Positions 12,711 through 25,611 of a stretch of DNA of 64,000 bases are shown here, piece by piece; the first letter of the stretch is position 1; each line of letters opens with the position of its first letter. Both the position numbers and the translations under genes were made by a program. The notes beneath the pieces are model-generated. The model made no database searches. It saw only the letters and a program-made list of their open reading frames with translations, and was not told the DNA's origin. This DNA is from Lepidodermella squamata (lineage: Eukaryota; Animalia; Gastrotricha): positions 744,001 to 808,000 of the forward strand of contig JBLDXI010000030.1 of assembly GCA_047495785.1 (NCBI GenBank), written 5' to 3'.

Positions 12711-14018
12711 ATGAAAGCAGTGATAGTAATTCTCGTTTTTTGTAAACATATTTGTAATGCTGCCGAAAGCCCAAGCGACAAAGAGTCTTGGAATTACATT
12801 GGTATTCATACCATTCTCATGGCATTCTCGTGGTTAAATGTGGCCATTTTTATTAGAAATAGGAAAGTGGGGTGATGTCAGCAGCACTTGCAAGAGCGGG
12901 CAGCGCCAATCGCCGATTCACATGTAATAGCTGTTTCTTTCTCTATTTTTTTCATGATTTGAACGTTTTTCCATTGCTGATGTTTCATTAAGATCTTCAG
13001 CTGACGCAGCAAGCAGTGCTATCCTCCGATCAGACCCGCTTATTTTCACCAACTACGATCGACTTTATAACGGAGTTTTGTCTAACAATGGCCATACTGT
13101 CTCGTGGACTTTGAATGCTTCGCAGCCACACCTCAGCTCGCCTACTATAAAACCGAAAATCAGCGGGTCTGGCCTCGGCTCAGAATACATGGTATACGCA
13201 GGCCTTATCTCCTAATGAATTCTATTTAATAAATTCCGCAGCTCGCTGGTTTCCATTTCCATTGGTCTGGTTAGTTGAAGTTGAAGGACTTGAGTTTTGA
13301 ATGAATTTTCTGTTTTAGGATCTTCCTGTTATGGCTCGGAACATGTTATCGATTATCGACCAGCAGCAATGGAAGTTCATTTCGTCCATCGTAACCTCAA
13401 GTAATTTGATATAATGACTGATAGAATATTCCAAGTTGTTTCTTAAAGGTACCAAGATTTAACTGAGGCTGTAACCAAACCGGATGGCTTAGCAGTAATC
13501 GGATTCCTGTTCTACGTCAATGAAGCTAATGATTTGGCCAGCTCTGAAGATACTATAGACTATGCTGTGGTTTCCAGGAAGATTCCGCTGGTTTCAAGAG
13601 CTGGTTCATCAGGTTGGTTCTACGCCTTTATTTTACCCTGTTTTATATTACGTTTCTGTACAGTTTCGGCTGCTTTGTCGTTCTCGAATCTAATACCAAA
13701 ATCCTCCTTAACAAATGCGGACGTGTATTTCCGATACAATGGATCCTTAACTACTCCACCTTGCTCGGAAAATGGTTCGATTCTTTAGACTCTGACTGAT
13801 CTCCTAAATTTTGATTTCTCTCAGTGATTTGGACTGTTTTCGAAAAGCGACTAGCTATCTCGCAGCGGGAGCTGGATATGTTTCGATTTGGGCTGAAAGC
13901 TGAAGACAAACCGGGCAGAGCGCAGCAATCTATTAAGTTCAACTATCGCCCGATTCAGACTCTTAACAGCCGAGTAGTGACTACAAATCGTGCTGATGCG
14001 AATGCAGCTAGCAACTGA
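12711..14018 (+). CDS. Secreted alpha-carbonic anhydrase (many short exons)
   Basis: Signal peptide MKAVIVILVFC; exon fragments encode WNY, RQSPI, NNGHT, FHFHW, GSEH, EVHFVH, DGLAV, YNGSLTTPPCSE, VIWTVF and NYRPIQ, including the three zinc-binding His. Confidence 0.9.
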
Positions 14019-14115
14019 TAACTCTAATCCCAAAATAATCCAATCTCGGTGAAACAGCCAGAATTACATCATATTTCTTCCATTAAAGCAGTAATTCATG
14101 AGGTATAGAGCGAGA

Positions 14116-15364
14116 TCAATGCAGCACAGAGTTCATAAACTGTTCGGCGCTATTTATGCCAAATTTCTGCGGTGCCCTAGTTTCGGACACATTTCTTCCG
14201 ATAAGCTTCCCGTTGACCAGATACTCTTTGCCGAGCATTTCTTGCGCCCAGATAATAGCTCTATCGATAACCGGTGTTGATACGCCCATCAACTCGCCGA
14301 TTCCATGTATTACCACTATTCCATAGGGCACGTCTGCTGTTAGATAACGATAGTCGAAAAGCGGAACGACCCCTATACCATCTTCTGCCGGTTTCGTGGG
14401 GAATCTTAAACCAGTGTAGGCCGAGTTTGTTGCAAATGAAGATGCAAAGGTACTTTTGTCCTTTATATGACTCGAATAAGCTTCGTGGAGCCATTTTAGA
14501 GTGGGTTGAATGCCGGATAGGTCAAAGTTAGGATATCGCCTTGAAATCTCATCGCGAATTGCTAGAACCTCAGAATCCATTGCCATCATTACTTTTGCGA
14601 TTTCGTCATTAACGCTATGATAGAATAACGGAGCCTCTTTCATCGGCTTCCCGTTCCAATCCCGTAACTTCGCATACATAATAGCCGGGTGGATAGTGTT
14701 GCCTGGGTCTAAAGCTAGTAAGCTGATGAGATTTGGAATTGCTTTGACCGGAACCTCGAGTAATGGTGGTAGAACCGCAGCTAAAGCCTCGGCGTTTCTG
14801 GAGGGTGATGATGCTATTAGGATAACGTCCTTTTTGCCAAGAATCTCGACCACGCCATCCTCGCAATGGCCTGCGATTCTTGCAGTCCATGGCAGAGTTT
14901 GCATTGCGAAGAAAGTCACGTTTTTCATCCAATTTTCCGTGCCAGGAATCGGAGGCTTGCTCCACCAGCATCCTTCGATAGTTCCGATATAGGATCCGGG
15001 CTTAGCAAAGGGCCCAACTGTTGATAATGTAACCTCGTGGAGGAAGGTGGGCAAGCAAATCAGGATGATATCCGCGTTCGAAGCGGCTTCTTTCGGATTT
15101 GAGGTGACACAAGATGGAACGGCGGATTTCGGTGGTGAGCCGTCTTTGAAAATAGCAGTAAAACTGAGGTCGGAACGTGACCATGCCCTGACTTTTGCTG
15201 GGTTGGGTGTGTAAATCGTGATATTAGCACCGTTGAAACCGACGATTGACGCGTAAGCGAGGGCACCATTACCTCCGCCGCAGATGCATATCTTGAGCCT
15301 GAAGTTGAGTAAGTAACAGTCAATTGAAAATATAATTTTGGATCGTGTATGAGCTTTACCTCAT
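14116..15364 (-). CDS. Opine (octopine/tauropine-type) dehydrogenase family protein, copy 2
   Basis: ATG AG micro-exon at 15364 spliced to LKICICGGGNGAL; the frame stays open into the 14116-15054 ORF; TLPW, IHP and RYLTADVPYG motifs; strongly similar to 19632-20807. Confidence 0.85.
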
Positions 15365-15975
15365 AAATAAACGTTGCTTTTACCAGGATGGATTCCAATC
15401 CCAGGCTTAACCTAGCTAATTTTGTCAATGAGCAGTCCATCGGATTAAATTGTCATTGGCTATCGCTTAATAGGTCTTTCATGTGCGATAAAAAAACCGC
15501 GACGTTCCAGACAAATCTTTGAAAACATTATTTTGCTGTTCAGCTGCTGAGACGGCACGGCGCGTGCATCTTCTGTAAATAAATCATGAGAAATTGCACA
15601 GGCCTTGATAAGATAAGTTGCGTCCTTGAACTAGGTATGAGGTCGCAACGCGTCGCAAACAAATAATTCAATTGAATGTTTCCCAAGCGATTTACCGAAG
15701 GATATTAAGCAATGAACAACAAACGAAGTGCGACTTGAAAAATACGTTTATTGTCATCCACCACGTGATTATAAGAAAGCATAGCTGGATGCTAAATATA
15801 TCATATAAACAAAGCATACAAACATATATAAACAGCAGGTATAGATTTCTTAGATTAGTTCCTCTAAGATCCAGCTTGCGTCTTGTCATCTTGTCTTGCT
15901 CCCCGTTTCAACTTCACAGTCGGAAAATTTTCAATCATGGAATGTTATGGAAGCACTTTATACGTTAATTGCCAC

Positions 15976-16201
15976 AAATGAAGAAAAAATGCATAAAATC
16001 ACGAAGAATTATCCAAATAGCAATATATATATATATATATTTATATATATCATATATTGCTATATAATATATAAATATATTATATATATATATATATTTA
16101 TATATATATAAATATTGCTATTTCGAAATAAAACACTCACTGCTGCTGCTGTATTTTCAGCCGGATAATTCTTCGTGATTTTATGCATTTTTTCTTCATT
16201 T
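15976..16201. repeat. Inverted repeat (39-bp arms) enclosing an (AT)n microsatellite
   Basis: 15976-16014 is the reverse complement of 16163-16201; an inner AAATAGCAATAT/ATATTGCTATTT pair surrounds the AT runs. Confidence 0.85.
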
Positions 16202-16504
16202 TCTTCATATATATATATATATTAGCACCGACCACATGCGGCTTAGGGCGCATCCAAGAGAGAAAATTAGGATGAAGTTATCACTTGCTTTAGTTTTTGG
16301 TCAATACAGTAAGAGAGAAAGATGTACAAAAATTGTTAACCTTATTCAGCTTTTCAGTTACCACTGTTTGCCTGCGGCCTTTGACAGCTGACGGGGAACT
16401 CCGTGACTTTGACAAGCACATGGGCACGTGTGACCTTGAACATGCATAACCTAACACCTCGTGCACATCCTTGAATTGCTGCCCAGCTTTGCGCATTGCG
16501 CATA

Positions 16505-16875
16505 GAAACGCCGGGCTCGGGCCGGGACTTGGTAAAATTGTCGGGGTGGGCGTTGGTTGTAGGATGACTCGAGCCCGGCGACCCAAGCCCGACGACCCGA
16601 TTCCAGAGGCCCGAGTCCCGAGTCCGGCGGCCCGAGTACGGCGCTGAACAATAGCGCTGGATCCCATTGTTCTCCGCCGTGCTCGGGCTGGCACCTTGGC
16701 CGGCCCGTGTGCGGCGAAGCGTGATTCTCTCAAATTTATTAAATGTACAGTAAACGTCGCATACGGGCATGTTTTAAACCGGCCCGAGCGCGGCGTGGTA
16801 AAGTGCCGTTACCCGACCGCGTACGGGCTGACCCGAGCGCGTTCGGGCCGAATTCGGACTCGGGCCCCAACAGTG
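16505..16875. repeat. GC-rich tract of CCCGAG/CTCGGG motifs, probable transposon subterminal repeats
   Basis: Repeated GCCCGAG/CTCGGG motifs in both orientations; the same motif is tandemly arrayed at 57149-57188. Confidence 0.5.
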
Positions 16876-18119
16876 ATATAAAGAAACTGAAGTTTTTTGA
16901 AATATCAATTCTTTCTATTCTTTCTCACACCGCATCGTCATTTTGAAAGCTACGCGAAAATCCTTTTACCACATAAACTCAGAGCTTCAAAAATCATGTT
17001 CAACCTTGGAAAAATTCGCCTAAATGAGCGAATGGCAGCGATTTATAACATAGAAAGAAATTTTGGACACACTGAGAAAAAAGAAACAATAAAATATCGT
17101 GAAAATAAGCCGCAAATCCCGCTGGGGTGGGGAAGAATTTCTATGTTTGGTGTTGCAAATTGATGTTATTGTGATCTAACTAATTCTCCCGCAACAAATT
17201 CCGAGAAAGACAACATAATGATTTTATTTTCTTCCATTACATCAATTAGATGTATAGTTTGAAGCTTGCAATATCTCACGAATAAAACATAGAAAAAGCA
17301 TTGAAGATGAGGTATACATAGTTGGTTCTTAGCTATCACGGCGAGCGAAAATCAGATCTGAGCACAGCCCAGGGATTGAAAATAATCTTCATCCAACGTT
17401 TCGCGGACGCAAGATCCAGCTTGCGTCTATTCTTGCTGCTCCTCGCTTTTAATCCAACGCGGGTTTCGAGATCTTTGTGATTGATAAAATACTTATCGTT
17501 ACGCTCAAACTTTATTTTCCAGCTGAATGCTGACTTTTTTCGATTGAGCCCATCGATAAGGATCCCGATTCTCAGCCTAATAGATAATAATATAGCATTC
17601 AGTAATAATTACGCAGTTGCAATGCCACTAACCAAATTTGTAGAAAAAATCCAAAAAAATATTCTGATGGAAAAAATCGACAATAAAAATAAAATAAAAT
17701 AAAACGTAAAAAAGTGTATAAAACAAATAATATTTAAGTTAATTTATACCTCATGTCCTGCAGATAGCTGAGGAATGGAAATCGGCGCGCAATTGAGTTT
17801 TGATTTGTCTTATTGGCCTAAAAAGATTTTTGCGCTTTCTGAACTCTATATTCATCCTAAATCCTTATATATAAGTGGATTTTCTAGGTTCAACCTAGAG
17901 TACAAACATTGCCTTTTCAGCAATTTAAACGACGCACTTAGCCCTATTGAAGGATGACCGATGATTTGCTCCTGAAAAGCGACAAGTTGAAAAAACATGC
18001 TTTTCAGAATGACACTCCAGACAGAGAATGTCAAAGGACAAAAAATTGCCAAAACCAGGGCCAGCCGCTTTTCAAGTGCAATATTTATTCTTCAAGAGGA
18101 AAAGTGCGCAATGTTTTGA

Positions 18120-19431
18120 CTAAGCGTCAATTTGCCGAAAAATTACAATACTCGCTATTATTGAAATGAGTGACATTGTCATGTAGAAAATAAGATCAAA
18201 CATCCGAACCAGACTAATAGCAATGCGCTTTTTCGCAAAATTAACCTCGTAGGTAGCATTCCAACGCTTGCTTCGAGCCAATGGGCATACAACAAGGGTG
18301 TAGACGGTACATACCAGGCCAGTAATCAATTGCCAAGCGACATAAGTCACAATTTGCGGAGTTTCAGAGGTGTGAGGGATGACGTCATTCACAAACGATT
18401 GCAAGACCCCGTAGGCCAGAACTACGGCTATGCTGAAGGATGACCTTTCCGGCTCCTCGGGAGGCAGGAATCCTGTCCCAATCTGCAGAAGCAGCAGACA
18501 CATCGAAGGCAGGAAAATCGCTGTTATGTAAAAATCAGGTTGGCGTTCGAATGTGAAGGCGAATGTTGCATGTCGGTAGACCTCGTCATACCCGGGTAGC
18601 TTGACGGAAGTGACACTCGAGTTGGCCGAGACAAACTTCCACATATTGCCCGGGCTTACAAAAGTTTCACGATTGACTGATATTGGCGGCAAATCTTCGA
18701 TATCTATTTGGTTCGATGGGCTGAAGGGTTCGAATTCTAGCGTACAGGTTTGGCGGTCAAACGGGAACTTATCAAAGCTGCGAAGAATCGATCTTTTGAA
18801 AAATATCACACTGAATTAGAAAATGTTACTCGAGTTTGCAGTGAGATGAAAAACGGGTGGTAATTATCCATTCAACTCGTCCGACTTTTGTAAAGTACAG
18901 TAAAGACTCTTTGTCCATGCTTAAAAATGAATATAATATCTGAAACTGGCTGGGATTTATGGCAATCCTCACCTTTTCAGGGCTAGCAATTCAACTCCGT
19001 TCATGTGATAAAGCGGAGGAGTCCATACTTTTGCGATGGCTTCTTCAAAATTCTCAACTCCACTCCACTCGGGGTTGTTGAGCCACTTGACGCATGGATG
19101 TTCCCATTCAACATTGAGCCCAGCTGTTATTGTGAACCTTATATGAAACGCCTGTTCAGGTCACAAATTGTGGAATTTAGCAAATTTCTAACGCTTGGTC
19201 ATTGTCATTGATTTCGCGGAAACTGTATGCGTCCAATATCAATTTGAGAACCACCGGGCTGCTCACGTTAGTGACAGGCCTGCCTTTTGATAGATAATCG
19301 CACTGTGAGTCCATGAACGATTTCAGCGCTGTCTCGGGTGCCTTATAGATCAAAGGCGGCTTAGTGGCGCCGAAGACTATCCCAGGAATTTCACATGCTA
19401 AGATTGCAATTATTCCAGCTAACAAAAACAT
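18120..19431 (-). CDS. Divergent Cys-loop pLGIC subunit 6 (4 exons)
   Basis: Signal peptide MFLLAGIIAIL; CDYLSKGRP; WEHPCVKW; spliced CKLDFDKFPFDRQTC; FERQPDFY; PER; 4 TM. Confidence 0.9.
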
Positions 19432-19631
19432 TTTTCACTTCGATAAAATGTCTTTGGAAAATTACGAAGGCTTAAAATTAATTGGACCTTGTCAAAGAAA
19501 ATTTAATTGAAAACAAGCAATATCGGCAATTTTATTGACAAAAACAGGAAAAATAAAACATAATTCATTGTCCACAGTTCGCTACAGATGAGGGGTTTAT
19601 ATGTGAGTAAAATCTGATGGGAAATTCAATC

Positions 19632-20807
19632 TTAAAGCCGGACAGAGTCCATAAAGCTTTTAGCATCATGAATGCCAAATTTTTGTGGCGCTCGTGTTTC
19701 TGCTAAATGTTTACCGGTCAATTTTCCCGCGACGAGGTACTCCTTTCCGAGTTTTCCCTGCGCCCAGATGATAGCTTCATCCAATGTAGGGGTCGGTACA
19801 TCTAGCAGCTCGCCAATTCCTCGGATAACCACAATACCATAAGGCACGTCAGCCGTTAAATATCGATAGTCAAACAACGGAACGACGCCCTGGCCGTCTT
19901 CGCTAGGTTTTGTCGGGAATTTCAGGCCAGCATAGGCAGCGTTAGTAGCGAATGAAGATGCAAATGTGCTTTTGTCCTTAATTTGATCAGAGTAGGCCTC
20001 GTGAAGCCAGCTCAAAGTCGGTTGGATGCCGGATAGGTCTAAATCAGGATATTTCCGCTTCATTTCGTCACGAATTGCTAGGACCTCAGAATCCATCGCC
20101 ATCATGACTTTCGCGATCTCTTCATCCACCCCCTGGTAGAAAAGAGGGGCTTCTTTAAACGGCTTGCCATCCCAATACCGTAGCTTTCCATACATAATGC
20201 CAGGGTGTATGATGTTGCCGGGGTCCAGAGCTAGCAAACTGATCAAATTAGGAACAGGGTTCATTTTGACCTCAATAACCAAGGTCAAGTCCTCCGCGAG
20301 TTTAGTGACATTTTTAGCTGGTGAACAGGCTATGTTGATGAGGTCTTTTTTGCCAAGAATCTCAACGCTTTTGCCATAGTTGACCAGCCGCGCCGCCCAG
20401 GGCAAGGTTTGAAGAGCGAAGAAATTAACGTGTTTCATCCAATTTTCCGTTCCAGGAATTGGAGGCTTGCTCCACCAGCAGCCTTCTATTGTTCCGACGT
20501 AAGACCCATGCTTAAGATGAGGCCCGACTGCGAGTAACGTTGGTTCGTGTAAAAAAGTCGGTAGGCAGATCAGGGTAATATCAGCATCTGCTACAGCTTC
20601 TTTCGGATCGGCAGTCACGCATTTTGGAATTCCGACTCGTTGTGGCGATCCGTCTTTGAAAGTCGCAGTCATGCTAAGGCCCCCTGAGTTCCATTTTTCG
20701 ACTTCATCCGCTAGCGGGGTGTAAATCGAGACTTCGACACCGTTCGATCCTAAAATCGCTGCAAAGGCATGGGCGCCATTTCCACCGCCACAGACGCAAA
20801 ATTTCAT
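19632..20807 (-). CDS. Opine (octopine/tauropine-type) dehydrogenase family protein, copy 1 (intronless CDS)
   Basis: Rossmann motif CVCGGGNGAH; TLPWAAR; IHPGIMY; PLFYQG; RYLTADVPYG. Confidence 0.92.
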   Translation of the reverse strand: MKFCVCGGGNGAHAFAAILGSNGVEVSIYTPLADEVEKWNSGGLSMTATFKDGSPQRVGIPKCVTADPKEAVADADITLICLPTFLHEPTLLAVGPHLKHGSYVGTIEGCWWSKPPIPGTENWMKHVNFFALQTLPWAARLVNYGKSVEILGKKDLINIACSPAKNVTKLAEDLTLVIEVKMNPVPNLISLLALDPGNIIHPGIMYGKLRYWDGKPFKEAPLFYQGVDEEIAKVMMAMDSEVLAIRDEMKRKYPDLDLSGIQPTLSWLHEAYSDQIKDKSTFASSFATNAAYAGLKFPTKPSEDGQGVVPLFDYRYLTADVPYGIVVIRGIGELLDVPTPTLDEAIIWAQGKLGKEYLVAGKLTGKHLAETRAPQKFGIHDAKSFMDSVRL

Positions 20808-21313
20808 CTTCGCGAAAAATTTGAGTGATAAGAAGCTGAATTGCAGAAGCAATATTCCTTTATGGCAGGGCGCATCGGTTCTGGATTGCGTGCATACGCT
20901 GACCTCATTGCAGACATAATCATACTCTTCCTTATGTATGTAGGAAAAAATGCGGAAGCCGGCGTATGCGTAATGGATTATTACTACGGAGCTGCGGATA
21001 TACTCCTCGCGTAATATGAATGAATATGCGCATACATGTATATTATATTATTGTTTCATGCCGGCGCTTATCTGCGTATATAGAGGCTCGTGTAATAAGG
21101 CGTATTTTGTTGCCGGAAAAATAAATATTTCAGACACTGAAGTTCGTTAGTTACTCGCCATTAAATCAAAGTACAAATATAATGATTTTCAGCAAAAAGA
21201 AATGAAAAAAAAGAAAAATTTACTTTGATTGAAAGCCAATATTTGCTCGAAGGATGGCTCACACCACACCAGTACTGAAGCCGCTAGACAAGAACGAATT
21301 TCGCAATGTCAGC

Positions 21314-22577
21314 ATGATGTTGAAAATATTCAGCTTGGCCGTTTTATTTAGCGCAAATTTCGCAGGGGCAAGCCAACTGCTTTGGAATGCCGAGCCATAC
21401 CATCCTCCTGGGGAAAGGTTACGCCAGCAATTAATTGAAAAATGCTCCATCCAGTCGAAAGCACGACCTTTAACGCCGAATAAGACTACGGCTATTGGTC
21501 TGTGGCTCCTTTTGAGGGCTACGTCATTCCGCGGCATCGATGATCAAAAACAAACGTGAGCTCCATTAGCATATCCTTTTCTTCTATTTTCCCTAATTTT
21601 CTCCATGAGCAGATTCGCTTTGACGGCAAATCTGGAGGTGTCTTGGAAGCACCCATGTGCTAAGTGGAACACTACTGGTGATTACCCGAAACTTACCTCC
21701 ATCGAGGAGAAAATCGATAACACCTGGACCCCGGCCTTATACCACATTAACGCTGCTGATATTCTCGGGCTTAGGAGTTGGGAGGACGAGTCTTTCCTCT
21801 TCTTTCAATACAACGGCGTCGTTTATTGGACTATTACAACGCTATTCACTTCTGTCTGCAAATTGAAGTGAGTCCTTTATTAAGGAGGATTTTTCTAATT
21901 TTTTCCTCAGCCATAAAAAGTTTCCCTATGACTTTCAAACGTGCACAATCGATTTCGAGCCATACGACCCGATAGATTTGGTTGATTTCGAACCTAGAGG
22001 TCTAAGAATCTCTTATGACCCAAATTCTTTCATCGAGGCTGATGATTTGTGGCGGCTGGTTGGTAACAATTCCTACCTAACAAACACCACTGTACCCGAT
22101 GGTAACGAAATCTATCGACGAGCAACGCTATCCTTCACATTCCAGAGGCAGCCAGATTTCTTCTTCGTAACAGTAATGCTGCCCTCTTTTTGTTTATTCG
22201 CCCTTCAGTTAGGCACAGGATTTCTGCCACCTGAAGAGCCGGAAAGGTCGTCGTTCAGCATATCGGTTGTTCTGGCGTACGGCGTGTTGCAATCTATGGT
22301 GAATGAACAGATACCGAGATCATCGCAAACGCCTAATATCGTCAGCTTCATAACGGCTCAACTGCTTACAGGATTGGTGGTCTCAATACATACCTTAATC
22401 CTATGCCCGATAGCTCGTGGAAAGGAAATGAAAACAAGAAAGGTAGAGATTCGGCTGATGAATCGCCTGATAACCACGGTTAGATATATCAGATTTATTG
22501 ATTTCATTGTCATGACTTCAATCGCTATTGTTGCCTTTATTTCTTGCTGCGTGATTTTCAGTTTCATGCTTAACTGA
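21314..22577 (+). CDS. Divergent Cys-loop pLGIC subunit 7 (3 exons)
   Basis: Signal peptide MMLKIFSLAVLF; CSIQSKARP; WKHPCAKW; spliced Cys-loop CKLNHKKFPYDFQTC; FQRQPDFF; PER; closest to subunit 6 in the TM region. Confidence 0.9.
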
Positions 22578-22940
22578 TTGCTGATTTCATCTTTCATACC
22601 GTAACGTAAGGCAATTGTACAATGGGAATTTGTGAGTCTTGAGTTGCAAAACAATAAATCCTCAATTTTCTTTATTGCTCTACCCACATTTGAAGGGAAT
22701 TTCATGAAACTCAAGAGGCCTGCGAATTTGGGGATCTGAGAGCATCTTATCGCAGCTAGTTTTTCCAGGTTAATTTGACGGGGAATAAAAAAAATTGTTA
22801 AATTTTAGAGAAAATTGTAAATTAGGATTATCAACAAAAATGAGAAAAAATGAATTTTCGCGAAGCAGGGTTGTCTCCAGTCCACAGTTAACCGTCGTTA
22901 CAGTACTTAAATGAAGAGCAGAAAATTGACTAATTAATTC

Positions 22941-23563
22941 TTAAAGTAGTAAAGCAGATGAGCTTCTACCCTCCATAATATCCTTAGCCATAATTTGTGC
23001 CCAGACAAAGAAGGAAGTTCGCTGAAGGCAAATGTCCTGAGACTTGAATACGCCCATGCAGGTCGCATACCGCCGTTTCCGTTCAGCATTCTGTAAATAA
23101 CTGTTGAGAAGCTGCAGCCGATCTGAGAACACGTCTGCGACGTTCGCACACGTCAGCTTATCGTTGCTGAGCCTGTTTGCGCCGAATCTGAACATTTTTA
23201 GAACAGACCTGTCGGTTTTTCTGCTGTTCCGCGTAGTCGTGCTAGTTGTGGACGGGCTCGTAGTCACGTTTTCCCCGACAACAGCCTTCAAGGATGAGGC
23301 TGAGTTTTTTCCACTCAGAACTGGACGTTTACATCGGCTTTGAAACATCTGAGCGTAAATGAGAGACTTCAAAATTGATTTGCCAGTTGGATCGGCTGGA
23401 AATGAGTTCAAATGTCGAAAAAGACTGAATTAAAAGAAATCTGGGAGAACTTACAATCAGCGTATAACATTGCTAGCATCTGTTTGCGATAACTCTTCTT
23501 GTTCTCATTTGATAAAGAACTTACACATTGGACCAGGGTAATAGTTAGAATGAACCATAGCAT
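22941..23563 (-). CDS. Small secreted 4-Cys protein family, paralog 1 (2 exons)
   Basis: Signal peptide MLWFILTITLVQCVSS; phase-1 intron 23396-23454; C-terminal RYATCMGVFKSQDICLQRTSFFVWAQIMAKDIMEGR shared with three paralogs. Confidence 0.8.
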
Positions 23564-23807
23564 GTCGGCAACGAAAGAAAACTTGCAATATGGAGAAGCA
23601 TTGTTTTGGAGGTAATATCGCGAAAAATTCCCGCTCTACGACATTACGATTCGCCCACATATGTCACAATGCTTTTAGCCGCTGCCTGTACTCAAAATAT
23701 TTATCAAATTTTCACGAGTTCATCGAAATGAAAGTAACTCAATAATGTATCATCGGAATTTTTATTCTAGAAATGATGAATCGTAAAATGACTATCGATA
23801 CTTATAG

Positions 23808-24426
23808 CTACTTGTTAATTGCTGTTCGGCCTTCCATAATGTCCTTAGCCAGCATCTGAGCCCAAACAAAAAACGACCCACGCTGGCGGCAAATGTCCGC
23901 CGAACTAAAAATCGCCATGCATGACTCAAATCGCTGCTGTCGTTCTCTTTCTTTAAGCAGAGCTGATAAAGCTGTTAGCCGGCTAGCTACCATTTTGTTG
24001 ACATCGGAGCAGTCCATAGCTGCGCCGAAATTTAACATCGGAGATACGAACTTCGAGCCACCGGTTCTTGGCGCTAGCTTAGTTGACTGATCAGCGATGA
24101 GTACCCCGAAAGCTCCCTGAATCTTTTGAACTGCGGCAGGATCTATGGTTTTATCAGCCTTCATTTTTGAAGTTATTTCATTCGCCAATTTTGTAATGCA
24201 CCGCTTTCTATATAGGTTAGCCAGAGCAGATTGAGACAGCTTCATAACCAAAGCTATTGTTTCAGTAATTAAGAGATGAATTCTGAAAAAGTCAGCTCAA
24301 CTTACGATTTTCGAGAGGCAAAGCTGGCAACTTGAAGCTTGGTTTAGTTTTAGGTTGCACGGCAATCACGGCTTGAATGATGCAGAGCAGGAAGGTAATT
24401 CTGCAAAAAGTCATGCTTTTTCGCAT
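23808..24426 (-). CDS. Small secreted 4-Cys protein family, paralog 2 (2 exons)
   Basis: Signal-like MTFCRITFLLCIIQAVIA; phase-1 intron; LANLYRKRC ... RFESCMAIFSSADICRQRGSFFVWAQMLAKDIMEGR. Confidence 0.8.
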
Positions 24427-25611
24427 AATGAAATTGCGTTAAATGAATCTAGAGTTTATAGACAGGTCGGGTGAACATGTGTCCTGACAATTTTTTAGTA
24501 CTAATGTTTTCCAGGTGAAATGAGAGGATACAACTGACAGGCGAGCAGAAAACTAGTTCTCAGATTTAGTCTTTGAAACGTCACCTTTCACTATATGATT
24601 AATTTTCGTGATAAGTAAAATTGTTTCCTAGTTGCTTGAGATTTTCCGCTTGCTTTGCGCTGTGAGAAAGCTACTTTGAGTTTCCCAGCCGAAAATCGAA
24701 CACTGTTGCTAAGTTAAAGGCGAAATGAGGAGTAATACACACGCTTGAGGTCATAGGTTATTATTGAAGTGAAGGGTCGCTACAGCAGCATTCCTATGTT
24801 GTGTAACTGCCAACAAATCTAGATATTGCTCGAAAAACTGGCTGACAAGCATTAAGTATATTGAGTATATTGTGGACCATGAGAAAAGCTCATTCAGAGG
24901 TAAGAACGATCGAAAGAACTGTACCCCTCGTAATATGAGCTGCGAGTCGATTGATTTGCGTAACGGATTTTGAAAAGCTATTATTGTTTAATGAACTTTC
25001 ACGCGCCGGTGAGGTGGTTGAATTGGGTGCAGGTATCAACGTCGACTGGCGTAGCGCATGTTTTCATTATATTGAATAGCAACCGAACCGTACATACTTC
25101 TATTTTGTAAACAAATTTCGTAAAATTGCCCACGTTTATTTTCCTGTAAAAGCATGATTCAGAGTATTCCGAGGGATTTCGAGTACGTATGATTTTATGT
25201 ATTCATTGAGACCTCATTTAGGCTTTTGTTCTCAGTTTTTGGCGTTACTCAGTCGCCCCCGGGAATGATGTCTGATGCACATGTCTGATGAAGGCTTACG
25301 ACACTTCAGCCATTGTTTTTGCTCGTGAAAATTTCGTGGTACTCTTTTATCAAAAAGCTCGCGCTTTATCAGTTGCGACAAGGCACGTCCACACTTGACT
25401 GTGAGCTTATCTGCAACATGCTTAATTCATTTAATTATGTCAGTGGATGACACGAGATACCCATTTAATACCGTCTTTAAGAATGCTAGTCCGATTTCCG
25501 CCATACTTGGCTTAGAAAATTCACCTCATTGCGATGACTCTGTACTAGTTATTTCTGAAAATGGGCTCGTCACTGTGAGCGAGAGATTTTTTTAAGAAAA
25601 TTTCGACAAAT

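Larger units (their letters stand above)
15866..17428. repeat. Repeat-rich intergenic tract bounded by an 18-bp direct repeat
   Basis: AAGATCCAGCTTGCGTCT at 15866-15883 and 17411-17428, with weaker similarity continuing downstream of both. Confidence 0.5.

Noticed and set aside
14116-15054. Opine dehydrogenase copy 2 as a 5'-truncated pseudogene
   Set aside because: The frame is open upstream to the GGGNG motif and a spliced ATG exists at 15364.
16290-16946. GC-rich ORFs on both strands
   Set aside because: They arise from CCCGAG-type repeats and show no protein motifs.
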